Made by a program: the position numbers and the translations under genes. From sequence record OL856099: DNA of 64,000 nucleotides, one strand, 5' to 3'. How positions within the stretch are numbered: the first letter of the stretch is position 1; each line of letters starts with the position of its first letter. This document shows, one piece after another, positions 39,664-48,936 of this stretch. The notes beneath the pieces were generated by a model that ran no database searches, was not told the origin of the DNA, and saw nothing but the letters and a program-made list of their open reading frames with translations. This stretch comes from Shigella phage CWP003.

Positions 39664-40205
39664 TATTTACTCCAGATGTCATATACGCCAATTTGTTGGC
39701 AGACTTTGTGCAGTAATATTACGTCGTCTAATGCACGGTGTTTCTGTTCATATTTTCCGAAATATAATTCATACAGCTCTTGAAGCTTAACTCTTCGGCC
39801 AAAAATAGGCAAGGTTTGCTCGACTGTACAAATGTTTATTTCTGGAAAATTAACATCACCAAGTGTAAGACCTTCGCGCTGTAGTGCATAATCAAGAATG
39901 TTCTTATCGAACGCATGGTTGTGCGCGATAGTTGCATCAGTCTTCTTGAAGATTTCTTTTAGCTGCGGAACGAAATGGATGAATGGTGGATTGCACTCAA
40001 GGTCTTCATTTGTTAATCCGGTAATCTTTGTGATGATTTCTTCAATCACAATTTCAGGATTAATTATGAACTCGAAAGTTTCAAGAATCTCTTTTCCATC
40101 CGTCAACAGGCCTGCAAATTCAATAGGGCGCGGCTGCATCCCAAGCGGCGCTTTCGGGTGCACGGTTAATCCGGTTGTTTCGAAGTCATAAGGGAGAAAT
40201 AACAC
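39663..40205 (-). CDS. DnaQ-like 3'-5' exonuclease (epsilon-like proofreader)
   Basis: 180 aa; Exo I motif LPYDFETTGL, later ...HNHAFDKNILD and ...HRALDDV; stop overlaps the dnaE start by 1 nt. Confidence 0.75.
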   Translation of the reverse strand: MLFLPYDFETTGLTVHPKAPLGMQPRPIEFAGLLTDGKEILETFEFIINPEIVIEEIITKITGLTNEDLECNPPFIHFVPQLKEIFKKTDATIAHNHAFDKNILDYALQREGLTLGDVNFPEINICTVEQTLPIFGRRVKLQELYELYFGKYEQKHRALDDVILLHKVCQQIGVYDIWSK

Positions 40206-40259
40206 ATTAGCCTCCTACAAAAAGGCCGCCCATTAGGACGGCCACAGATTCACGATTCG

Positions 40260-40811
40260 TTATACAGTGTACGGAGTACCGTCTTGATTCAACCGCACGA
40301 TGAACTTAAGGTCGACACCAATGATTTCACGCGTATCAAAGATCACATAGTTGTAACGACGCTGACCAGCAATGTTTGGGTTGGTGTGAGAGTCGGTCAC
40401 AACTTCCTGCGCAACCTGAATGCCTTCTTCTTTAAAGAACTTGCGCCATTCAGCAAGTTCAGCGGCAGTCACGTGCATACCAAGATGGCTAACCTGATTG
40501 TCGTGCGCATCGATGTATTCGATGTTTTCGTGAATCCAGTTGCAACCTTTTGTATAGTCAAGAATTTCAAGCTCAAGAGGCTTACCAGCTCCGCCATCGG
40601 TGCCGTTGCCAGCCTGATAGTTGAAGCGCAAGTCAGCTTCGTTGGTGCAATCGCCGCGCTGACCCTTAAAGACATCAGCTTCAAATACGCGACCAGTAGC
40701 AACAACGTGATCATGGAACCATTCTGTCAGGCCGATTTTAGCCAGGAAATTCTGTGCGCGCTGAGCACCTGGAATTGACAGGGCGATTTGTTCAATTTTA
40801 AAATGTGGCAT
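40260..40811 (-). CDS. Hypothetical protein (possible small-molecule-binding enzyme)
   Basis: 183 aa track ORF at the edge of the enzyme cluster; no confident motif. Confidence 0.4.
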   Translation of the reverse strand: MPHFKIEQIALSIPGAQRAQNFLAKIGLTEWFHDHVVATGRVFEADVFKGQRGDCTNEADLRFNYQAGNGTDGGAGKPLELEILDYTKGCNWIHENIEYIDAHDNQVSHLGMHVTAAELAEWRKFFKEEGIQVAQEVVTDSHTNPNIAGQRRYNYVIFDTREIIGVDLKFIVRLNQDGTPYTV

Positions 40812-40901
40812 TTTGTTTCCTTAATTAAATATTATTGATTAATTACTGTGTTGTCTTCGTCCTGTTTTTCAGGAGCAGCGACAACTTCAAATGTTCTTGA
40901 T

Positions 40902-41585
40902 TTATTTACCAAATGGAATATCAGTACCAGACATAAAGCGCCATGCGCCCGTAATTAAGATATGGCGAATGAAGTCAGCAATTACTTGCGGCTCAGTCTC
41001 CAATCCATTCATCAGCGCCTTTTTCTGGTATTCAGCAGCATACTCAGGAGTCCAGCCGCGAGTCGCGCAAACAGCATCTTCAATCTGTTTGGACATGCCA
41101 GTACCACGTAGCTTGTTAGGACTAATAGAGAATACCGTGATCCCGTATTTAGGCGTAAGCTCGTGAGCCATCTGCTTGCTAATCATGAGCGCAGCAGCCT
41201 TGGAAGCATTATAACACAAGCTGGACGTCATAGGAATATGCGCAGCGTTGGAAACGATGTTGATCACAAAACCTTTGTTGTCAATAAGACTTTTCAGCGC
41301 GGCCTGAGTCGTGTTGACGAAAGAGAAGGCGTTGGTGTGCATAACGCGATTGAACTCTTCGTAGTTAACATCTTCGAACCAGTTGTTGGAGTTGACGCCA
41401 GCGCAGTTGATCAAGCCTTCTACGTCGTATTGAGAGAGAAGCTCTTTCATCTGTTTCGCGTTACGGATGTCATAGCCGTTCTCCAAATCAATACCGACAA
41501 CTTCATGACCGTAAGCGCCAAGGGTGTCAAAAATGGATTTACCAAGACCGGAATTGCAGCCAGTTACAACAATTACTTTTTTCAT
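40902..41585 (-). CDS. Short-chain dehydrogenase/reductase (SDR)
   Basis: 227 aa; cofactor-binding TGCNSGLGKSI (TGxxxGxG) and catalytic YNASKAA (YxxxK). Confidence 0.75.
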   Translation of the reverse strand: MKKVIVVTGCNSGLGKSIFDTLGAYGHEVVGIDLENGYDIRNAKQMKELLSQYDVEGLINCAGVNSNNWFEDVNYEEFNRVMHTNAFSFVNTTQAALKSLIDNKGFVINIVSNAAHIPMTSSLCYNASKAAALMISKQMAHELTPKYGITVFSISPNKLRGTGMSKQIEDAVCATRGWTPEYAAEYQKKALMNGLETEPQVIADFIRHILITGAWRFMSGTDIPFGK

Positions 41586-41650
41586 TTATTTATCCTTTTT
41601 GGACTTCGTTTCGATGAGATAAATATAACTCATCGAAACGCACAAGTAAA

Positions 41651-42523
41651 CTATTTATTGAAATTAATATTATGGGTGTTGACAAGACGTTCACACATGG
41701 CGCTGTAAACACCATCATCGTGTATTGAGTCTTCGTGCTTCAGGCCGCTGATTGCGAAGCGTGTAAGCTTGACAATCTTAAGCTCGAACAGATGCCACAT
41801 GTGGTAGTCTTCCGGCGTTTTCAACGTCACGCCATTAGGGAAAAGCACCTGCATAACCTGACCTACCATCACAGCGTTATCGCCATAGACCGCGTTGCGC
41901 TCACGGAAGGTTGCTGCCATCGCATCAAGAATATCGGCGGCAGTTGCCGGAGATTGTTCAACTTCCACAGCCTTAGTCTCTTCTTGCCCTGTTGCACTTG
42001 GATCAATTGCTAATTGTTGCACCACTTCACCTGCCTTGCAAAGATTAAATGTAAAAGCGATTTTATTTTGAGCAACGGAATTATAATACAATGCTTCATC
42101 TTGCATCCGCGCGAGTACGTCTTGTCGGTCGTCGAATACATTGATGATTCGATAATCGCCGTGCCGCAATGCGTGCGACAGCCATGCAGATTTCATAATA
42201 GTTGATGGACGTTTGTCGCCATAGTCTCTCATCTTGATTGTAAATTCATCAAAAGGGAAAACATTGTCCAGACGTTCAAAAGTCACTTGTCTGTATTTTT
42301 CTGGCCTTGCAGTCCAATATTCAACCGCCTCACCGCGAAGAGAGGCCGACTCTACTGCTGATGCAATGTGAGGATAGAACTGATCATAACCAATACCGCT
42401 GTGATAATCATCATAGTCTGACAACGGACCTGCCACCTTGATGCGGTCTAAGCGCCAACGGTCATCAAACAGCGTTCCGTCAAGGTCGAATACGTTTAAG
42501 ATTTCGCTGTTTTTAATGCTCAT
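41651..42523 (-). CDS. HAD-superfamily phosphatase
   Basis: 290 aa; motif I VFDLDGTLFDD (DxDGT) near the N-terminus. Confidence 0.6.
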   Translation of the reverse strand: MSIKNSEILNVFDLDGTLFDDRWRLDRIKVAGPLSDYDDYHSGIGYDQFYPHIASAVESASLRGEAVEYWTARPEKYRQVTFERLDNVFPFDEFTIKMRDYGDKRPSTIMKSAWLSHALRHGDYRIINVFDDRQDVLARMQDEALYYNSVAQNKIAFTFNLCKAGEVVQQLAIDPSATGQEETKAVEVEQSPATAADILDAMAATFRERNAVYGDNAVMVGQVMQVLFPNGVTLKTPEDYHMWHLFELKIVKLTRFAISGLKHEDSIHDDGVYSAMCERLVNTHNINFNK

Positions 42524-43323
42524 CCTTTTGATACTCCATCTTTAGCAACTGGATTGTTGGTGATTGGCATCGCACTCCAAAACTGGATGCGCAACTCTTC
42601 TTGCTGTGCCGTGGTATCCATCCAATCACGATACCAAGGGCAATGGGCTTTACCGTGACGAGGAAATGCGCACTTACCCATACCAATGCATTGCGGCTGC
42701 AGTAATGGATTCGCCCAAGGGTGCACCTTGAGGACTTCCGCAACCATTGCGCGGAATACTTCTTGATACTCTCCTTGCGTGCGCGTGCACAAGCGGTTTG
42801 ACGCCATCTGCTGCAGCGTGCGCAAGTTGAACTTTGCCATGATATGCGTTTGCATATTAGAAGGCAACACGGCACGTGCATCTTGAATCTCTGCGCCAGC
42901 CGCGCGAAGCTCTTGATACAAAGCGTCGATAGTCGCCATCGCATCATCCCACTTCTCTGCCAGTTCAGCTGCCTTCTCGTCATGGCGAGTCCATCCCTTT
43001 GGATCATCCTCTGGGTAAGTGAATTTAGCAGGACGAATCGCATCAAATGCAGACGACTCCTGAGCGCGGCTGGTGCGTTCTTGATATGCGCCTGTGCGTG
43101 TGCGTACCATCTGATGGGTCATGTTCTTTGATACAGCTGTGATATCAAAGATATAGTCCACAAAGTCAAAAGGCGACTTGATTGTATCAAGCATGTAGCG
43201 CCAATGCTCTTGCTTCTCTGATTCCGTCATCTCAGAGACAGGCTTACCAGTCATGCGCGTGTTCTTTGTTTCCAGCAAAAGGTCAAGTGCATCTTGGGTG
43301 TATCGAATTAATTCAACTTTCAT
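42520..43323 (-). CDS. ThyX-like flavin-dependent thymidylate synthase homolog with divergent signature
   Basis: 267 aa; VRTRTGAYQERTSRAQ aligns to the ThyX signature RHR-x7-S-x-R with His-to-Thr and Ser-to-Thr changes; a second ThyX-like stretch LRTLQQMASNRLCTRTQGEYQEVFRAM. From memory of the family, not a search. Confidence 0.55.
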   Translation of the reverse strand: MKVELIRYTQDALDLLLETKNTRMTGKPVSEMTESEKQEHWRYMLDTIKSPFDFVDYIFDITAVSKNMTHQMVRTRTGAYQERTSRAQESSAFDAIRPAKFTYPEDDPKGWTRHDEKAAELAEKWDDAMATIDALYQELRAAGAEIQDARAVLPSNMQTHIMAKFNLRTLQQMASNRLCTRTQGEYQEVFRAMVAEVLKVHPWANPLLQPQCIGMGKCAFPRHGKAHCPWYRDWMDTTAQQEELRIQFWSAMPITNNPVAKDGVSKG

Positions 43324-43336
43324 TTTAATTGTCCTA

Positions 43337-43783
43337 TTAACGGTAATTCACTAGTTGCTGATCACCAGAGAAGGTGCAATGATAAACGAATTGTGCGTTA
43401 TAAAGCAACTGAAAACTTTTCTTTGGTTCATTATTAGAACTCATTGATGTAAAGATTTCTGCACCAGAACGGTTTTCACCAATCAGATTGATAAAGCCGC
43501 CAGTTGAACGAGGTTGAACGAAAGTGAAACGTTGCATCCACGGAGTCCGGTTGACACCTTTTCCGGTGAATCCTTGAATCTGAATATTCAGACCTTCTTG
43601 CTCATTCACACCGATGTAAGTGGTAATCTTCGCACCAGTCGTTGCTGCGGTCTTACCGTCCATCGCTTCGCAATCGTAAACAGCGATTGAATCGGAAGTA
43701 CGGATGGCGGCTTCAGTCGCTTCCATATACATGGTGCCGAGAATAGCAGTTGCGGCAAGCGCGATTCCAGTGATTCGTTTCAT
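43337..43783 (-). CDS. Secreted protein with signal peptide (function unknown)
   Basis: 148 aa; N-terminus MKRITGIALAATAILGTMYMEA; no enzyme motif recognised. Confidence 0.5.
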   Translation of the reverse strand: MKRITGIALAATAILGTMYMEATEAAIRTSDSIAVYDCEAMDGKTAATTGAKITTYIGVNEQEGLNIQIQGFTGKGVNRTPWMQRFTFVQPRSTGGFINLIGENRSGAEIFTSMSSNNEPKKSFQLLYNAQFVYHCTFSGDQQLVNYR

Positions 43784-43848
43784 TTTCGTTTCCTCTATGA
43801 GTTCTGCTTCAATGATTAAAGTATACGCCCATTGAAGCAGAAAGCAAA

Positions 43849-44844
43849 TTATTTATTAGCAATATAAGCAAATTTTTGATAGTTATTTGCTTTGATGAGT
43901 TTTTCGACTTCAACAAGGTCATGAGCGACGTCATCAAGCAAGATATTGCGCCAGGTCGCGAATCGACCGACACTAAACACGTTTAAATCCATAGTCAGCT
44001 GCAGGAGTAGGGCGTGTCGCAAGTCTTTCGGAATGTCGACAATCTTGCCATATTTCTGGTCGACCTTTTCAACTTCTTCAAGAGCAATGTCACTCCATGA
44101 AAGGCCAAAGGCCGTCAACACTTCGTCGACTTCTGCGCGCAGCTTCATGTCACGGTAACGAGTGATGCCGCCTGCGGCTTCAACTGCAGCTTCACTCACG
44201 CTGACCAAAGGAATTGTTTCAATGATAAGCGTGTCACCAGTAATTGATGCGCGGTAAGTTCTGACGGAGTAGTCAGGGAAGTAAATTGTCTGATACAAAT
44301 CACACTTACGTTTAATCTTAAAGCGGTAAACGCGAATGTTTGCTTTATCAAATGAGAAATCAAGCTTTTGATCAATTCCAGCAAGCTTCATCATGACTGG
44401 CAGCGGCGACGTGTTGATGATTGGCGTCTCGCTATAGCCGCAAAGAGTATCAACCGGAGTATTAAAGAATATGCGGTCACCCAGTTTGTCGACAAGCTGA
44501 TCATAAAAGTCATCAGGCGCAATATAACGCGTTGCAGTCTTAAGCTTCATGATTGAACGGCTGCCAAATTGATTGGTGACCTTCATGGAATACATATTGG
44601 CAAGGTTGATTGGGCAATGGTCGTGATAGTAGTTGCCGCGAAAATACACAGCCTTGTCAACTGTCACGGCCTTAAAAGGGATTCCGGTAATACGGCTTAC
44701 TTCTTCGCCGCGAAAGCGTAGCAGCGCCTTGTGCTGTTGCGCTCGTTCCCCTGCTTCGTACACAATAGAGTTCGGGAAGTGACACGCGGTGATAAGTCCT
44801 GCCAATCCGCCGCCGATAATCATTACAGGTTGTTTCATGTTCAT
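43849..44844 (-). CDS. FAD/NAD(P)-binding Rossmann-fold oxidoreductase
   Basis: 331 aa; N-terminal dinucleotide-binding motif VMIIGGGLAGL (GxGxxG). Confidence 0.6.
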   Translation of the reverse strand: MNMKQPVMIIGGGLAGLITACHFPNSIVYEAGERAQQHKALLRFRGEEVSRITGIPFKAVTVDKAVYFRGNYYHDHCPINLANMYSMKVTNQFGSRSIMKLKTATRYIAPDDFYDQLVDKLGDRIFFNTPVDTLCGYSETPIINTSPLPVMMKLAGIDQKLDFSFDKANIRVYRFKIKRKCDLYQTIYFPDYSVRTYRASITGDTLIIETIPLVSVSEAAVEAAGGITRYRDMKLRAEVDEVLTAFGLSWSDIALEEVEKVDQKYGKIVDIPKDLRHALLLQLTMDLNVFSVGRFATWRNILLDDVAHDLVEVEKLIKANNYQKFAYIANK

Positions 44845-44976
44845 TTGTCCTTTGTGGGTGATATGAGAAGTATAATAGCTAAATTATTTTACAGCAACAA
44901 GTCATTTTATTTAGTACAGATGAAAAAAGACCCACAACAAGTGTGGGTCAATTACCGCTGCATAACCGTCCTAAGG

Positions 44977-45822
44977 TTATTCCGCTTGATCACCGTCTTC
45001 GGCATCTTCGTTGGGTTCAACATCGACAAACTCGATGTGGCCCATCTCTTCCAGCTTGCTCAGGTAGGAGCGAACGGAAGCGCCAAACAGTTGATCTTTA
45101 ACTTTTTCGCCCAGCTCATCGATAGACTGCGCCACGCCAACTTCGCCTTCTTTGATCGCCGCCAGAACGCGTCCACGGGTGGAATGCTCTTGCGGCTGGC
45201 TCAGGCCATTGCCAGTGTAGATGAAGTGAGTAGCTTTTGCACGACGTTGACCGTTTGCCTTTTTAGCGGCCTTACGTTCTGCGATGGCTTTGCGACGTTC
45301 TTCAGCTTCTTTCTTACGCTGTTCTTTCTGTTGTTCTGCAGCTTCTTTCGCCGCAATCTTAGCAGCTTCACGCTCTGCCTTGCGTTTCGCTTTAGCTTCT
45401 TCTTTGGCCTTCTCTTTTTCGGCCTTCGCTGCAGCACGGGCTTGATCACGCTCTGCTTTCTTAGCAGCAGCTTGTTCAGCTTTCAGGCGCTTGGCTTCTT
45501 CTTTAGCCTTTGCCTTTTCGATTTCTTTTGCTGCTTTAGCGGCTTCACGCTCTGCTTTCTTAGCAGCAGCCTTTTCTGCACGCTCTTTAGCTTTCTTAGC
45601 TGCTTCTTCAGCACGCTTCTGAGCCTTCTCATCAGCAGCCTGCTTGCGTTTCAGGGCAGCTTCTTCACGCTTGGCTTGTTTTTCCTGCTCACGCTTCTGG
45701 CGTTTTTCTTCGGCTTCTTTCTTTTTAGCCAGACGTTTTTCTTCAGCCACGCGACGGCGTTCTGCTGCAGCTGCTTGCTTTTCTTCTTTAGATAATACTT
45801 TGATTGCTTCGGCCATATTCAC
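44977..45822 (-). CDS. Lys/Ala/Glu-rich histone H1-like protein with globular C-terminal domain
   Basis: 281 aa; about 180 residues of KAAE/KAKE-type repeats, then a globular C-terminal region and an acidic tail (EDAEDGDQAE). Confidence 0.55.
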   Translation of the reverse strand: MNMAEAIKVLSKEEKQAAAAERRRVAEEKRLAKKKEAEEKRQKREQEKQAKREEAALKRKQAADEKAQKRAEEAAKKAKERAEKAAAKKAEREAAKAAKEIEKAKAKEEAKRLKAEQAAAKKAERDQARAAAKAEKEKAKEEAKAKRKAEREAAKIAAKEAAEQQKEQRKKEAEERRKAIAERKAAKKANGQRRAKATHFIYTGNGLSQPQEHSTRGRVLAAIKEGEVGVAQSIDELGEKVKDQLFGASVRSYLSKLEEMGHIEFVDVEPNEDAEDGDQAE

Positions 45823-45975
45823 AGTCCTTAAATAAATTAGTTTATTTTATATTCCCCGTTTGGGATAACTTAATTATGCCTTCAGTCGCCGCCAGTAGCA
45901 ACTAAAAACTCTGGCGGCAATGCCACTTTAATTAAACTGATTTTCAGTTTTATTTTTCGTAAATTTACGTCAACA

Positions 45976-47160
45976 TTAACGCGCTTTCAAATCACGGTAC
46001 ACGGTCAGATTCTTCTTAGCGCGGGTGATGGCTGTGTACATCATCTTGGCATACGGAACGCCGCGCAAGATTTCTTCTAGCACGCACACATTGTCCCACT
46101 CGCTGCCTTGCGATTTGTGCACCGTTATGACATAGCCATAGTCCATGCCTCCAACAGCGCGTTGAGCCTCTTTGCGCACTTCCTGATCAGTAGAGAAGGA
46201 AAGAGGATTTATCTTCACCTTTATATCTTTGCCATCGGTAAGCGAGCGCAAATTGACATACATGATTTCATTAGACTCGTCTTCATCCCTTTCAAAGTCC
46301 GGTACTGGCTCATAACTAATAACAATCCCTTGCTCGCCATTACAGAATCCTGGACCGTGTTGATTGAATGTGCAAATAACTTTCTCGCCGATTCCTGGCA
46401 TTGGCGTTATACGTCCGCTCACTTGGCGCAATAATGAATTCCATTTATCTTTGGTGCTATTATAAGAGCAAATAATTTGATCATCTTCGCCCATGAATTT
46501 CTTCAGTGCGGTAACGCGCGGCGATTCAGCCAACACCTTTACGTCATCGTATTCACGCGGAGGAAGTCGGTTGCCCTGTCGCACGAAGAAGGAAGCGCGG
46601 ATTATGTTTGACTCTTTCCCCTGCCGCATGATTTCGGTTAACAGTACGTCAACGGCATCTTCAGTGAAGTAGGCGGCGGCTTTTACCGGAGGGACTTGTC
46701 CAATGTCGCCTAATGCCAGGACAGGGATGCGGTGATCAAGAAGGCGCTCTGTGTCCCACTCACCGACCATTGAAGCTTCATCAAGGACGACAAGGTGCGG
46801 CCTTTCATCAAGCGTTGACTTTCTTGCGAAGATTGGTTCATTGTCATCGTTAACGCCGCGCACGTTATAGATGAACTGGTGAAGGGTCTTAGCGCCACGA
46901 CAACCTTTTTGCTTTAATCGGCTGGCGGCCTTTCCGGTCGGCGCAATATAAATGGCACCGTACTCACCGACACAACGGCGCACAATCTCACGCGCAATAG
47001 AGGTTTTACCTGTTCCTGCATAGCCAGCGATGAAAAACACGCGCTTCGTCGTTTTACCGTCCTGCAATCGCTTGTACCATGCAACGGCCTTTTCGATGGC
47101 ATCAATCTGTTGCGCGTTGAACTGAATCACTGGCTCATTATTAAATTCTGGAATGTTCAT
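45976..47160 (-). CDS. SF1 DNA helicase (RecD/Dda/Pif1-like)
   Basis: 394 aa; Walker A GYAGTGKTS, Walker B-like VVLDEASMV. Confidence 0.75.
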   Translation of the reverse strand: MNIPEFNNEPVIQFNAQQIDAIEKAVAWYKRLQDGKTTKRVFFIAGYAGTGKTSIAREIVRRCVGEYGAIYIAPTGKAASRLKQKGCRGAKTLHQFIYNVRGVNDDNEPIFARKSTLDERPHLVVLDEASMVGEWDTERLLDHRIPVLALGDIGQVPPVKAAAYFTEDAVDVLLTEIMRQGKESNIIRASFFVRQGNRLPPREYDDVKVLAESPRVTALKKFMGEDDQIICSYNSTKDKWNSLLRQVSGRITPMPGIGEKVICTFNQHGPGFCNGEQGIVISYEPVPDFERDEDESNEIMYVNLRSLTDGKDIKVKINPLSFSTDQEVRKEAQRAVGGMDYGYVITVHKSQGSEWDNVCVLEEILRGVPYAKMMYTAITRAKKNLTVYRDLKAR

Positions 47161-47486
47161 TATAACTCCACTACGCTTTCAAGGTCCAGATATACTGGAA
47201 TAAAATGGCAATCTTCTTTTCGTTCAAACATCTCACCGTCAACGTGACTGAAGAAAACAGTCGTGTTTGGTATCTTCCACCCTTTCTCGTCGCGCACCAG
47301 GTACGCCATGGATTCAACAGGGATGTAAAGCGATACCGGATTTGCGGCAAAGATGAATTTGATTCTGTCTGGTTGACCCAGGAATCGCATAATTGTAAGA
47401 CTTGAATTCAGTCTTGTATTAAGGAAGGACTCAACGATTCCGACGTGTGTCGCACGTTCGCGTTGCTTCGTATCTTTTTCGTTCAT
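47160..47486 (-). CDS. Hypothetical protein, first gene of the leftward replication operon
   Basis: 108 aa track ORF directly downstream of a leftward promoter. Confidence 0.45.
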   Translation of the reverse strand: MNEKDTKQRERATHVGIVESFLNTRLNSSLTIMRFLGQPDRIKFIFAANPVSLYIPVESMAYLVRDEKGWKIPNTTVFFSHVDGEMFERKEDCHFIPVYLDLESVVEL

Positions 47487-47524
47487 TTCAGGCGACCTTT
47501 GTTAGTGCGGAAATATTTTCTGAT

Positions 47525-47553
47525 AGTATAATTGCAGATATAGTATAAAGCAA
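47525..47553 (-). promoter_or_regulatory. Leftward sigma70-like promoter (TTGCTT, 17 nt spacer, TATACT on the minus strand)
   Basis: Read from the reverse complement of the divergent intergenic region. Confidence 0.4.
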
Positions 47554-47589
47554 AGTAAATCGAAATTGTGAACTAAATGGTAAATATTG

Positions 47590-47617
47590 TTGACTTTGTA
47601 TCACTCAATATTATACT
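47590..47617 (+). promoter_or_regulatory. Rightward sigma70-like promoter (TTGACT, 16 nt spacer, TATACT)
   Basis: Read from sequence about 30 nt upstream of ATG 47647, with AAGGAAAG RBS. Confidence 0.45.
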
Positions 47618-47646
47618 GCAGGTATTGATCACCGAAGGAAAGAAAG

Positions 47647-48729
47647 ATGGCTAGTTTAAGAGAAGAAGCAAAAATAATCGAAGAGTTTTTGACGGAACTC
47701 CAAAGAGGCATTCCAGAAGATGAACGCGTCATGACCGTGTTTGCTCCTGAAGCAACAGTGCAGACTGACGAGCGCGGCAAAAAGATTAACAGCAGCTTCT
47801 GGCCTAAGCCTTGGAAGCTTGGCAAGCCGCTGATGCAACATCAGAACGGTTACGCCTGCATAAGTTCAATGCGTAAGTCTCCCAACCCAAAGACAGGCGA
47901 GATGCGATACTGGCGCACGGAATCGGCTTTCGGTCATGGCATGGCGATGATGGTCGACGACATCGGACACGGTAAAGGGTCCAAAGGCGATTTGGATTTG
48001 GAGTTCTTTTTCGAGCGCCTAAAACCAACCGTCATTGTCGAGACTTCGCCGAACAACCACCAGCTGTGGTACTTCTTTAAAGACCCGATTGACCATCTTA
48101 TCCAGTTCAAGGCATTTCTTGGGTCTTTCGTAAACATGGTACTCAAGAAGGGCGGCGACAACACGATTAAAGATGTGACGCGCGTTGGCCGTGTTCCTGG
48201 GTGTATCAACAACAAACGTGTGACTCACGACGGACCTTACAAATATGTCGATGAGAACGGCGACCCGTTCCGCTGCCGACTTGTTCATGCAGACTACTCT
48301 TTGCGCTACACAATCGAAGAGATTTGCCAAGCCTTCGGTTTCCACGTCGTTATGCCGCAAAAGCGTGAAATTCAAATCGACGTTGACGAATACAAATATG
48401 ACGCTGTTTGGTATAAGATAGCCCAGCAAATCCTTGCGCGCAATAAGATGGGCGAAGGGTCCGATGGCGATGTGGTTGAAAACATGTCAGGTAAATGCCG
48501 CATCATCTGTCCTTGGGGTGAAGAGCACACCAACGGCGACCCATACGGCGCTTATTTTCGCGGCCCAATCCCTGGCGCTGAACATGAATTCGTTTTCGGT
48601 TGCGCTCACGACTGCCACCGGAAAGGGGAAGGCAAGAAAGGATGGACCGCTTTTGTTGAAGCAGTAGTTATGCCTTATATTGAGAATCAACTTGATATGA
48701 TAAATCGTCGCGCAGGTGGCATAAAATAG
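47647..48729 (+). CDS. Primase-polymerase (archaeo-eukaryotic primase-like) with C-terminal zinc-binding region
   Basis: 360 aa; MMVDDIGHG (hhhDxD-like), SPNNHQLWYFF (sxH-like), C-terminal Cys/His cluster (CRIICPWGEEH...CAHDCH). From memory of AEP motifs. Confidence 0.5.
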   Translation: MASLREEAKIIEEFLTELQRGIPEDERVMTVFAPEATVQTDERGKKINSSFWPKPWKLGKPLMQHQNGYACISSMRKSPNPKTGEMRYWRTESAFGHGMAMMVDDIGHGKGSKGDLDLEFFFERLKPTVIVETSPNNHQLWYFFKDPIDHLIQFKAFLGSFVNMVLKKGGDNTIKDVTRVGRVPGCINNKRVTHDGPYKYVDENGDPFRCRLVHADYSLRYTIEEICQAFGFHVVMPQKREIQIDVDEYKYDAVWYKIAQQILARNKMGEGSDGDVVENMSGKCRIICPWGEEHTNGDPYGAYFRGPIPGAEHEFVFGCAHDCHRKGEGKKGWTAFVEAVVMPYIENQLDMINRRAGGIK

Positions 48730-48787
48730 TTTGCTTTTATTTTTCTAGCAACTATAATCATTTTATGAACTGAAGCAGAGGTGATTT

Positions 48788-48934
48788 ATGCAAAGCGAAG
48801 AATTGAACATCGAGCTTGAAGGTCTGTTAAATTCGTTAGAACCTAAGCACGTAGAGCTTCCCACCCTTGAAGGTGTCATGGCTCACCACCAATCGGCTGC
48901 GGCCAAACACTACTCTGAATTTGTTAAGGAATAA
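48788..48934 (+). CDS. Small hypothetical protein (48 aa)
   Basis: ATG with GAGGTGA RBS; below the track cut-off. Confidence 0.3.
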   Translation: MQSEELNIELEGLLNSLEPKHVELPTLEGVMAHHQSAAAKHYSEFVKE

Positions 48935-48936
48935 AA

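Noticed and set aside
44731-45795. 354-aa plus-strand ORF rich in Phe/Leu/Ser/Cys
   Set aside because: It is the antisense reading of the low-complexity K/A/E-rich gene 44977..45822; extreme composition and no start context, so an artefact.
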